From Candidatus Woesebacteria bacterium (GTDB taxonomy: Bacteria; Patescibacteriota; Microgenomatia; UBA8517): DNA of 64,000 nt. Positions 48,398 to 57,341 of this stretch are shown here, piece after piece; position 1 is the stretch's first letter, and the number at the start of each line of letters is the position of its first letter. Both the position numbers and the translations under genes were made by a program. Below the pieces are notes generated by a model, which saw only the letters and a list, made by a program, of their open reading frames with translations, was not told the origin of the DNA and did not search any database. The stretch covers positions 78,825 through 142,824 of the forward strand of contig DMZH01000002.1 of NCBI GenBank assembly GCA_003484955.1, read 5' to 3'.

Positions 48398-50173
48398 ATG
48401 TGCGGAATATTTGGATATGTTGGTAATAGAAATGACGGACAGAAACTGGTTTTTAGTGGTTTGAAAAGTCTTGAATACCGCGGATACGACAGTTGGGGAG
48501 TTGGGGTAATCCCCGAGGAAAGTAAAAACACGATAGCCATAAAGAAGAAAGTTGGTAAAATCGGAAACGCCAACGTCAGCGATTTGCCGGGAGGCAGTCT
48601 TTCATTCGGCCATACACGCTGGGCAACCCACGGCGGCGTGACGGACGCAAACGCACACCCGCATCTTGATTGCAGCGGTACCATTGCCGTCATCCATAAT
48701 GGGATTTTTGAAAATTATGAGGAGATAAAAAAAGGGCTATTGAGGAAGGGTCATAAATTTGTTTCCGAAACGGATACGGAAACTCTGACACACCTCCTTG
48801 AGGATTTTAGTAAAGACAAGCCTTTTGCCGAGGCGGTAAGGGCGGCATTTAACCGCATGGATGGGCTTAATGCCGTGATAGCTGTCAGTGCTAAGGAAAA
48901 TTTACTGGTAGCCGCCAGGAACGGATCCCCTCTGGTAATCGGGTTTGGTAAGAATGAAAATTTTTTGGCAAGCGACGCGTCGGCACTTCTTCCCTATACG
49001 AGAGATGTTTATTTCCTTGAAGATAATGAAATGGCCGTTCTTGCCCCCGGCAAAGTTACTATTTTGAATGTAAAAACCGCCAAAGAGATTACCCCTAAAA
49101 GAAAAAGGCTGGATTGGAAAATTGAACAAGGTGAAAAGGGAAAATATAAGTTTTATATGCTTAAAGAAATTTTTGAGCAGCCTCAAATTATTACGGATAT
49201 TGCCGTATCCGGAGCTTCTCAGGCTGAAGAAATAGCAAAAAAAATCAAGGACGCGCGGGGAACTTATTTGGTTGGCTGTGGGACAGCTTCATATGCCTGT
49301 CTCGCGGGCTCGTATTTGTTTTCTAAACTGGCAAAACGGCATGTAAACTTTGCGATAGGTAGCGAGTTTGGCTACAGTTTGGATTTCTTAAACAAAGATA
49401 GTCTGGTGATTGCAATTTCACAGTCCGGAGAAACGATGGATATTCTGGAATCGGTTAAAAAAGCCAAAGATAAGGGCGCAAAAATTCTGAGTCTGGTAAA
49501 TGTTCCCGGTTCATCCCTTTACAGGCTATCCGATTATAAAATGCTGATTGGAGCCGGTCAGGAGAGGGCGGTTGCGTCAACAAAGGCTTTTACCGGCATG
49601 GTTGCGCACCTAGTGCTTTTGGCCAATTCATTAAACGGCGGAGTAAAAGAAGGTCAAAAATCACTGATGGCAGCAGTTAAGTCGGTTAATCAGATATTAT
49701 CCCTCAAATCTCTAAGAAAAATTAAAGAACTTACATCGCGAATTGTAGACAAAAAACATATCTATGTAATCGGGCGTGGGCTTTCTTATCCGGCAAGCCT
49801 TGAAACAGCACTTAAAATTAAGGAAATTTCATACATCCATGCCGAAGGCCTTGCCGCGGGCGAACTTAAGCATGGCCCGCTTGCTTTGATTGAAAAAGGT
49901 ACTCCGTGTATCAGTTTTCTCCCTAACGATGAGACTTACGGATCAAATCTTGCCGGAGCTATGGAAATGAAGGCAAGAGGAGGCTATATTATCGGGATTT
50001 CTCATAAACCTCGCGAGGTTTTTGATTATTATATACATGTTTCCGATGCCGGGGAGTCCAGTATTATTCCCGAGGTTATTGTTGCTCAGCTTCTTGCCTA
50101 CTACCTCACAATAAAGAAAGGACTTGATCCGGATAAACCCAGAAATTTGGCAAAGTCCGTTACAGTTAAATAA
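48398..50173 (+). CDS. glmS: glutamine--fructose-6-phosphate aminotransferase (isomerising)
   Basis: MCGIFGYVG Ntn-Cys start and two SIS domains. Confidence 0.9.
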   Translation: MCGIFGYVGNRNDGQKLVFSGLKSLEYRGYDSWGVGVIPEESKNTIAIKKKVGKIGNANVSDLPGGSLSFGHTRWATHGGVTDANAHPHLDCSGTIAVIHNGIFENYEEIKKGLLRKGHKFVSETDTETLTHLLEDFSKDKPFAEAVRAAFNRMDGLNAVIAVSAKENLLVAARNGSPLVIGFGKNENFLASDASALLPYTRDVYFLEDNEMAVLAPGKVTILNVKTAKEITPKRKRLDWKIEQGEKGKYKFYMLKEIFEQPQIITDIAVSGASQAEEIAKKIKDARGTYLVGCGTASYACLAGSYLFSKLAKRHVNFAIGSEFGYSLDFLNKDSLVIAISQSGETMDILESVKKAKDKGAKILSLVNVPGSSLYRLSDYKMLIGAGQERAVASTKAFTGMVAHLVLLANSLNGGVKEGQKSLMAAVKSVNQILSLKSLRKIKELTSRIVDKKHIYVIGRGLSYPASLETALKIKEISYIHAEGLAAGELKHGPLALIEKGTPCISFLPNDETYGSNLAGAMEMKARGGYIIGISHKPREVFDYYIHVSDAGESSIIPEVIVAQLLAYYLTIKKGLDPDKPRNLAKSVTVK

Positions 50174-50248
50174 CTTGCCAAAACTGGGCAGAGCTTGCAT
50201 ATACACTATATACTATATAGTTTATAGTTATAAGCTATAATTAATATT

Positions 50249-50572
50249 ATGTCTACGGAAAACATGGGTGAGTTTATTAGAAGCCTCCTTCAGAAGGACG
50301 ATTCTTTGACGGATCTAAACAATTGCCGTAATTCTACGTCAAAAATAGGGAAAGAAGTAAAAGGCAAATTTCCTGAAGCTAAAACAGAAGTTTTGGTCTA
50401 TCCGGAACCCAGCGCAGGATACGGTGTGCATTATTCGCTTTTGATTGCCCAGGGCGATGAAGAAATTCTGGTTAACGCCGTAGCCGCTCCAGGGTTCCCC
50501 GAGTATATTGGAAGTTCTAAGGCTGCTCCTCCAACGTTTACAGCAATGAAGGTAACGCCGAGGGTAATATAG
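50249..50572 (+). CDS. hypothetical small protein
   Basis: 107-aa ORF, no motifs. Confidence 0.3.
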   Translation: MSTENMGEFIRSLLQKDDSLTDLNNCRNSTSKIGKEVKGKFPEAKTEVLVYPEPSAGYGVHYSLLIAQGDEEILVNAVAAPGFPEYIGSSKAAPPTFTAMKVTPRVI

Positions 50573-50588
50573 TTTTTCGAAAAAGAGG

Positions 50589-51761
50589 TTAACCTCTAAA
50601 AGTGTAAATAATCCGGTTTTCTTTCAAGTCTGCAATTTTCTTAAATCCGTAGTTTGTATAAAGTTTGTTCGCATGGACGTTGTCTTTCGCCGTGCTAAGC
50701 CAGACCCCTTTTTCATTGGATACCCTAAAATCTTTAAAGACAATATACATAAATTTTGATGAAAGTCCTTTGCTGCGGGCCGGAGGATAATTTCTTATTG
50801 CAAAAGTGTAGCCACAGTTAGATGTCTTTAAAAGTTTGGAAACTCTGACGGGTGCGGTTTTGCTGCTAAACCAAATTATTCCGAGGAGTTTATTTCTACG
50901 CCCGACCATTACATAAATTTTTTTTCCACGCTTTTTCCAGGAAATAAAGGCCTTGAATGAACTGAAACGCTCCCTGTCATGTGTAAATTTTTTGATCAAG
51001 TTGTCTTTGCCGGTTGAGTGAATTAATTGTTCAATTTGGGGCTTGGAAATTTCTCTTAATATAGAAATATTTTCTTTTATATTCCTTTGAGACAAGATGC
51101 CTACGAAATTTTTCAGATAATGAATAAGATTTTCGGAAGAATCCGTTTCATAATCAATCGATATTTTATCCTTTGGCAGAATATTCTTATATTTTCCAAA
51201 CCTGAACCAGACAGTGATACATCCAGGGTCAACTCTTTTAGCTTTTTCCAGAAAATGGGCTCTATCATCCACCATTATTATTTGGTTATAGCCGGACGCT
51301 TTGAATTTCAGAATTGTACCCCCGAGTGCGGTTTTTTTATTTTTCAGAATTACGATATTGTCTTTGCCTATTAATTTTTCAATTCCGCTTCCATTTATTT
51401 TAGTAGGTTGGTAATGGGCATCACCCAAGGAGTAGAGGGTTACTTTTCCGCCACCCTTCAATATTTTTATTAGTTTGTCCGAGTGCTTGAAAACGAATTT
51501 TTTAAACTCCGCTTTGAAAAACAAGTCCTCAAAATCCTTTGCCGAACCATCCCCGAATTTTTTGTGTAAATCTTTGGAAATTTCTTTAATATCAACATAT
51601 TTCAAAGCTTTAACCGATTCGGCGTAAGTTTTCCAAAATAGGGATAAGTTTTTATCGCCAAATCTTTTTTTGAAATTTTCGGAGATGGATCTTTTTAGGG
51701 CATCGGTATCAAAAAGGGTGTTGTCAAAATCGATAAGATAAACTCTTTTGGGTTCTCTCAT
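50589..51761 (-). CDS. HAD-superfamily hydrolase/phosphomutase domain fused to a GNAT N-acetyltransferase domain
   Basis: HAD motif I LIDFDNTLFDTD (DxDxT), a cap region, motif IV IIMVDDRAH. C-terminal GNAT motif A ARSKGLS (R-x-x-G-x-S) and motif B NVHANKLYTNYGFKK. Confidence 0.65.
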   Translation of the reverse strand: MREPKRVYLIDFDNTLFDTDALKRSISENFKKRFGDKNLSLFWKTYAESVKALKYVDIKEISKDLHKKFGDGSAKDFEDLFFKAEFKKFVFKHSDKLIKILKGGGKVTLYSLGDAHYQPTKINGSGIEKLIGKDNIVILKNKKTALGGTILKFKASGYNQIIMVDDRAHFLEKAKRVDPGCITVWFRFGKYKNILPKDKISIDYETDSSENLIHYLKNFVGILSQRNIKENISILREISKPQIEQLIHSTGKDNLIKKFTHDRERFSSFKAFISWKKRGKKIYVMVGRRNKLLGIIWFSSKTAPVRVSKLLKTSNCGYTFAIRNYPPARSKGLSSKFMYIVFKDFRVSNEKGVWLSTAKDNVHANKLYTNYGFKKIADLKENRIIYTFRG

Positions 51762-51824
51762 TGTTATAATCTTGCCCTTGCCTCAATTGGAGTCGGGCTC
51801 GATTGCTGATATAATATACCACAG

Positions 51825-53834
51825 ATGATCAAAAATCTTGGGGAATTAATCGGAAAGCTTTCCAGTTACAAAGGTTTGACCGACGACTCGAGAAAGGTTG
51901 AAAAAGGCCATATTTTTGTTGCCGTCAGAGGTGTTGGAAGTGACGGTCACGACTATATTAAAGACGCTTTCAAAAACGGCGCTTCCCTGGTAGTGGGCGA
52001 AAAGGATATCAAAATCGGGAATTATCTTAAAGTTAAAGACAGCCGCGAAGCCCTGGGACAACTTGCGTCCGTTTGGTTTGGCCGCCCTTCCGAAAAACTT
52101 AAAATGATCGGGATTACCGGAACAAAAGGAAAAACCACGACTGCACACATTATTCATCACATTTTAAATTCCCTTGGAAAAAGAGTTGGAATTTTGTCCT
52201 CAATTTCGGTGCCCGGCCTTCATGTTACAAGTCCTGATGTAATTTCTTTGCATAAATTCCTAAAGAAATTTGTCGATGATGGGGACGAATATGCAGTTGT
52301 CGAAGTCAGCTCTCATGGGATTGACCAAAAAAGAATCGCCGGGATTCACTTTGACGTTGGAGTGCTGACCAATATAGCGCCGGAGCACTTGGATTATCAC
52401 AGGACCTTCAAAGAGTATAAAAAGGTAAAAAAGTCATTTATAAATTCCTGTAAATGGAAAGTTATTTCTCCCAAAGACACTTCCATAAATGTATTGCCGG
52501 GAAAATACAATAATTTGAACGTCGAGGTGGCTATCTCAGCGGTTGAAAAATTTGGTATTTCAAGGAATAGTGCCCTAAAAGTGCTTAAAGATTTTAGACT
52601 GCCGGAAGGAAGACTTGCCGAAATAAAAAACGATATAGGCGCAAACATTATTATAGATTTTGCGCATACTCCAGATTCGCTTGAGGCGGTATTGACCCAT
52701 CTTCGCGGGACTACTCGGGGAAAACTTATTTCCTTATTCGGGTGTGCGGGGGAAAGAGATCCAAGAAAAAGATTTAAAATGGGCAAAATTTCAGCAAAGT
52801 TAAGCGACATTTCAGTTTTTACCGCAGAGGATCCGAGAAGCGAGAATGTCTTTGACATCTTGTCAAAAATGTCGGAAGGGGCGAGAAGTGCAAACGCCAA
52901 AGAAGATAAAACTTTTTTCAAAATTGCGGAGCGTGGTGAAGCAATTGCCTATGCCCTCTCTCTTTGCAAAAAAGGAGATACGGTTGCAATTTTAGGAAAA
53001 GGCCATGAAAAAAGCATGGCATATGGGGTTTACGAACACCCTTGGAGCGACAAGGAAATAGTTGAAAACTTTCTGGGCAGAAGTAAGGACATATCTGCCG
53101 TGATTCTGGCTGCTGGAAAAGGGACGAGAATGAAATCAACTCTGCCTAAAGTTATTCACAAAATTTGTGGACGGCCGATGATTGCCTACACATTGGAAAA
53201 TTTAAGATCCGCAGGAGTAGGAAGCATTACTGCAGTTATTTCTTTTAAAAGGAATCAGGTGGCAAAGTACATTAAAGGTGCCATTGAGCTTGCTATACAG
53301 AAAAATCCCAAGGGAGGAACTGCGGATGCGGCCAGGGCAGGTTTTGTAAAAGTACCTCCTTCCTCAAAGATACTGATTGTTATAAACGGAGATGACAGTG
53401 CCTTTTACAAGCCGGAAACAATCAGGCAAATTATTAAGATTCATGTTGAGAGGCAAAGGGCGCTGACATTTGTTTCACTTATGAAAAACAACCCAACCGG
53501 GCTTGGTAGGGTTATCAGGGGTAAAAACGGTCTTATTACAAAAATCGTTGAAGAAAGAGATGCCACACCCGAGGAAAAAAATATTAAAGAGGTTAATGAC
53601 GGCCTTTATGTTTTCGATAAAGACTGGTTTGCCAAAAATATCGATAATGTCAAAAAGAGCAAGCAGGGCGAATATTATCTGGTAGATTTAATTAAGATGG
53701 CGATTGATCAGGGAATGAGGATGGCAACCTATACTTTGCCGGATGACAGTGAATGGCAGGGAATAAATACTCCTGAGGAATTGGAAAAAGCCAGGATAAA
53801 AATGGAAGAAAGATTGGGGACTTTCAATGAATAA
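51825..53834 (+). CDS. murE: MurE (UDP-MurNAc-L-Ala-D-Glu:diamino acid ligase) fused to a GlmU-type sugar-1-phosphate uridylyltransferase domain (no LbH acetyltransferase domain)
   Basis: Mur ligase GITGTKGKTTT at aa 1 to about 420. The C-terminal third (about nt 53090-53831) carries the GlmU N-domain signature: ILAAGKGTRM, LPKVIH, GTADA, GLGR, QGEYYLVDLI. A single uninterrupted frame. Confidence 0.8.
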   Translation: MIKNLGELIGKLSSYKGLTDDSRKVEKGHIFVAVRGVGSDGHDYIKDAFKNGASLVVGEKDIKIGNYLKVKDSREALGQLASVWFGRPSEKLKMIGITGTKGKTTTAHIIHHILNSLGKRVGILSSISVPGLHVTSPDVISLHKFLKKFVDDGDEYAVVEVSSHGIDQKRIAGIHFDVGVLTNIAPEHLDYHRTFKEYKKVKKSFINSCKWKVISPKDTSINVLPGKYNNLNVEVAISAVEKFGISRNSALKVLKDFRLPEGRLAEIKNDIGANIIIDFAHTPDSLEAVLTHLRGTTRGKLISLFGCAGERDPRKRFKMGKISAKLSDISVFTAEDPRSENVFDILSKMSEGARSANAKEDKTFFKIAERGEAIAYALSLCKKGDTVAILGKGHEKSMAYGVYEHPWSDKEIVENFLGRSKDISAVILAAGKGTRMKSTLPKVIHKICGRPMIAYTLENLRSAGVGSITAVISFKRNQVAKYIKGAIELAIQKNPKGGTADAARAGFVKVPPSSKILIVINGDDSAFYKPETIRQIIKIHVERQRALTFVSLMKNNPTGLGRVIRGKNGLITKIVEERDATPEEKNIKEVNDGLYVFDKDWFAKNIDNVKKSKQGEYYLVDLIKMAIDQGMRMATYTLPDDSEWQGINTPEELEKARIKMEERLGTFNE

Positions 53835-55035
53835 ATTAAAGAAGATCCACATGATGGGAATCGGCGGGAGTGGAATATCTGCCGTTGCCCTCCTCGCCTC
53901 CAAAATGGGCTATGAGGTTACGGGCTGTGATCTGGAGGAGCAGACCGCCTACGCTAAGAATTTTTTTAAAGGACATGATCCAAGCCACCTGGAAGGAATA
54001 GACTTTCTTATAGTTTCGCCTGCAATTTATTATCAAAACAAAGAAAATCCGGAGCTTATCGAGGCGGAGAAAAGAAAAATCGTAATGACCTGGCAGGAGT
54101 TTCTCGGAAAATATTTGACCGAGGGCAAGAAAGTAATTTGCATTGCGGGCACCCACGGCAAGTCTACAACAACAGCAATGGTAGGTAAGCTTTTAGTTGA
54201 TGCAGGTTTGGACCCTTCAGTTGTTGTCGGCGCAAAAATACCAGAATGGGAGGCAAATGCAAGGTTTGGCAAAGGAGAATATTTTGTAATCGAGGCAGAC
54301 GAATTTAATAATAATTTCCTAAACTATCATCCCGACATAATTATTATTAACAATATTGAGTTTGACCATCCCGATTTTTTCAAAAACGAAGAGGAAGTAC
54401 GGGAAGCTTTCAGAAAATTTGTGAACAATCTTAAAGGAGAGAAAATTTTAATTATGGAAAAAGATAATTCTGGGAAAAAGTTTCATTTAAAGATTTTTGG
54501 AGAACACAATCAGAAGAATGCAAACCTGGTTTATGTTTTGGGTAAAAAGTTGGGAATAGCCGAAGAGACCATTGTTAAATCTTTGGAGAGTTTTTCCGGA
54601 ATCGGGAGGAGAATGGAGCTTATTGCGGGTCGTGGTGGCGTAAAGATTTTTGATGATTATGCTCACCATCCGACCGCCATAAAAACAACGATTGAAGGTT
54701 TAAGAAAAGAATTTCCCGAATCAAAAATTTGGGTAATTGATGAACCGCACGGTTTTGCGAGGACTCATGCGCTTCTTCCGAAATATGATGGAGTTTTTAA
54801 TGCGGCGGATAAAATTATAGTTGGACCGATTTTTAAAGCTCGTGACAGTGAAACTTTTGGGATAACTCCGGAAGATGTTGCCCGTGCCACCGGCAACAAA
54901 AACGCGATTGGGATTAATTCTTTTGAAAAAATTAAGAAAATGTTATTGGAAGAAGTTAAATCGGGAGATATTATTTTGGTAATGGGAGCAGGAAAAAGTT
55001 ATTTATGGGCCAGGGAGATTGCCGAGTTGATATAA
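53827..55035 (+). CDS. murC: UDP-N-acetylmuramate--L-alanine ligase
   Basis: IHMMGIGGSGISAVALLASKMGYEVTGCD (MurC N-domain) and CIAGTHGKSTTT. Confidence 0.8.
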   Translation: MNKLKKIHMMGIGGSGISAVALLASKMGYEVTGCDLEEQTAYAKNFFKGHDPSHLEGIDFLIVSPAIYYQNKENPELIEAEKRKIVMTWQEFLGKYLTEGKKVICIAGTHGKSTTTAMVGKLLVDAGLDPSVVVGAKIPEWEANARFGKGEYFVIEADEFNNNFLNYHPDIIIINNIEFDHPDFFKNEEEVREAFRKFVNNLKGEKILIMEKDNSGKKFHLKIFGEHNQKNANLVYVLGKKLGIAEETIVKSLESFSGIGRRMELIAGRGGVKIFDDYAHHPTAIKTTIEGLRKEFPESKIWVIDEPHGFARTHALLPKYDGVFNAADKIIVGPIFKARDSETFGITPEDVARATGNKNAIGINSFEKIKKMLLEEVKSGDIILVMGAGKSYLWAREIAELI

Positions 55036-55043
55036 TTAGTTCT

Positions 55044-56057
55044 ATGAAAATAATTGAAGACAAAAAATTTAAAGATTTAACGACTTTCCGCATCGGAGGG
55101 AAGATAAAATATTATGTTGAAGTAAAAAGCGAGGGTGAGATAAGAGAGATGATCCGGTTTGCAAAAACCAACAACCTGCCGATTTTTATAGTTGGTGACG
55201 GAAGCGATTTTTTGGCCAGCGACAGGAAGTATGAGGGGCTGGTAATTAAATATACAGGCGATGGTTTAAAATTCGAAGTTCAAGATTCTGAGGTTTTTGT
55301 AACAGCGGGGGCGGGACTCAATTGGGATAAATTGGTTGAAGAAACCGTAAAAAGAAATCTTCAAGGATTGGAATGCCTTTCGGGGGTTCCCGGGACAGCA
55401 GGGGCAGCTCCGATTCAAAATATGGGTGCTTACGGACAGGAAGTGGCAGATACTTTTTATAAGCTTGAGGCCTATGATATTCAAAATGAAGAGCATAAAA
55501 CTTTTACCAAAGAGGACTGTAAATTCGGCTACAGGGAAAGTGTTTTTAAGGATAAAGAAAACTGGCAGAAATATCTGATTATCAGTGTAACTTTCAAGTT
55601 GAGTAAAGACGGGAAACCAAACACAAGCTATGAGTCGTTGAAAAATTCTGTCGGCGAGGGAGCAACACTGCAAGAGGTTAGGAAAGCGGTTTTGAAAACC
55701 AGAAAGGAAAAACTGGAGGATCCGAAAGAAGTCGGCAATGCTGGATCGTTTTTTAAAAATCCCGTGATAGATGTCGATGAGAAAGTCAGGATTGAAAAAG
55801 AGTTTGCCGATGCAAAAATCTTTCCGTTTAAAAATATGTATAAAGTTTCCGCTGCCTGGATGATAGAAAGAGCCGGATGGAAAGGAAAAAGCGAAGACGG
55901 GGTTGCGGTTTCGCCCAAACACGCTCTTATTTTGATAAACAAAAGCGGATATGCATCTGCCGAGGATGTCTATAAACTTTCGGAGATGATAATAAAGGAT
56001 GTTTCTGAGAAATTCGGAGTTAAGCTTGAGAGGGAAGTTCAGTTGATCAATTTTTAA
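55044..56057 (+). CDS. murB: UDP-N-acetylenolpyruvoylglucosamine reductase
   Basis: TTFRIGGKIKYYVEVKSEGEI...PIFIVGDGSD FAD-binding domain and a C-terminal MurB domain. Confidence 0.85.
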   Translation: MKIIEDKKFKDLTTFRIGGKIKYYVEVKSEGEIREMIRFAKTNNLPIFIVGDGSDFLASDRKYEGLVIKYTGDGLKFEVQDSEVFVTAGAGLNWDKLVEETVKRNLQGLECLSGVPGTAGAAPIQNMGAYGQEVADTFYKLEAYDIQNEEHKTFTKEDCKFGYRESVFKDKENWQKYLIISVTFKLSKDGKPNTSYESLKNSVGEGATLQEVRKAVLKTRKEKLEDPKEVGNAGSFFKNPVIDVDEKVRIEKEFADAKIFPFKNMYKVSAAWMIERAGWKGKSEDGVAVSPKHALILINKSGYASAEDVYKLSEMIIKDVSEKFGVKLEREVQLINF

Positions 56058-56084
56058 CTACAGCGCATTAATGCACCATAATTT

Positions 56085-57332
56085 ATGAATAATAAAATTG
56101 CGATTTTGGGATATGGTCTTGAAGGTCAGGATGCAGAAAAGTATTTCAAGAATCTTGGAGACGAAGTTACTGTTTTAGATAAGAAATTTGACGAAAATTA
56201 TCTTAAAAATCTGAATGACTTTAATATTATTGTTCGTTCTCCGGGTGTTTACAGATATCTGCCCGAAATTGTAAAAGCAGAAGAAAACGGGGTTAAAATA
56301 ACATCCTCTTTAAAAATATTTTTTGATAACTGTCCGGGAAATATTATCGGCGTGACCGGAACAAAGGGAAAAGGAACAACCTCAACTTTAATTTATGAAA
56401 TTCTTAAGAATGCCGGAAAAGACGTTTATCTGGTAGGGAATATCGGGAAACCTTATTTGGAACTTCTTTCAAAACTCACAAAAAACAGTTTCGTAATAAT
56501 GGAGCTTTCTTCTTTTCAGTTAATCGACTTAACCAAAAGTCCGCATATTGCGGTAGTCTTAAATATCACCCTTGATCATATGGATTGGCATAAGAGTAAA
56601 GAAGAATATGTAGAGGCCAAGAAAAATATCCTGAGTTACCAAAGTCCCGACGATTTTGCAATATTAAACGAGGAATATGAAACACCAAAAAGTTTTGTAG
56701 AAGCCGCAAAAGGAAAAACAGTTTTTTTCTCAAAGACCAAGCTTGAACAGAAATACAAAGAGAATTTACTTCTTCGTGGTGAGCATAATTTGGAAAACAT
56801 TGCCGCTGCCGTTGCTGCCGCAAAAATTGTCGGCATTAACGAGGGGACAATTCTGGAAACCGTGAGGTCTTTTAAGGGGTTGGAGCACAGACTTGAGTTG
56901 GTTGACACGATAGAAGGCATAGCCTTTTACAACGATTCTTTTGCAACCGGCCCCCAGCCGACGATTGCGGCAATGAACTCGTTTACTGATCCCGAAACTC
57001 TGATTCTTGGCGGAAGCGATAAAGGCCTGGACTATCAGGAATTAATGCGCGAGATAGAAAAAAAGGAAAACATCAAAAATCTTATTTTGATTGGCGACGT
57101 CGGAAATAAAATTACCGATATCTTGAAGGGTTACGCCTTTCAAGGCAGTGTAATCAACATGGGGCACTCATCGATGGAGGAAATCGTCAAAAAAGCTTTC
57201 GAGATAACCCCTAGGGGCGGCATTGTAATCCTGTCACCGGCAGCGGCCAGTTTTGATATGTTCAAAGACTATAAAGACAGGGGAAACCAATTTAAGAAGT
57301 CAGTTTTTAAACTCAGAGACCTACCTGTATAA
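56085..57332 (+). CDS. murD: UDP-N-acetylmuramoylalanine--D-glutamate ligase
   Basis: IAILGYGLEGQ...GVTGTKGKGTT. Confidence 0.85.
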   Translation: MNNKIAILGYGLEGQDAEKYFKNLGDEVTVLDKKFDENYLKNLNDFNIIVRSPGVYRYLPEIVKAEENGVKITSSLKIFFDNCPGNIIGVTGTKGKGTTSTLIYEILKNAGKDVYLVGNIGKPYLELLSKLTKNSFVIMELSSFQLIDLTKSPHIAVVLNITLDHMDWHKSKEEYVEAKKNILSYQSPDDFAILNEEYETPKSFVEAAKGKTVFFSKTKLEQKYKENLLLRGEHNLENIAAAVAAAKIVGINEGTILETVRSFKGLEHRLELVDTIEGIAFYNDSFATGPQPTIAAMNSFTDPETLILGGSDKGLDYQELMREIEKKENIKNLILIGDVGNKITDILKGYAFQGSVINMGHSSMEEIVKKAFEITPRGGIVILSPAAASFDMFKDYKDRGNQFKKSVFKLRDLPV

Positions 57333-57341
57333 TCTCCAGTC

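Noticed and set aside
51825-53834. MurE-GlmU fusion considered as a frameshift artifact joining two genes
   Set aside because: A single continuous frame with no stop or frame change at the junction. Chimeric assembly cannot be excluded without reads, so it is kept as a finding with that caveat.
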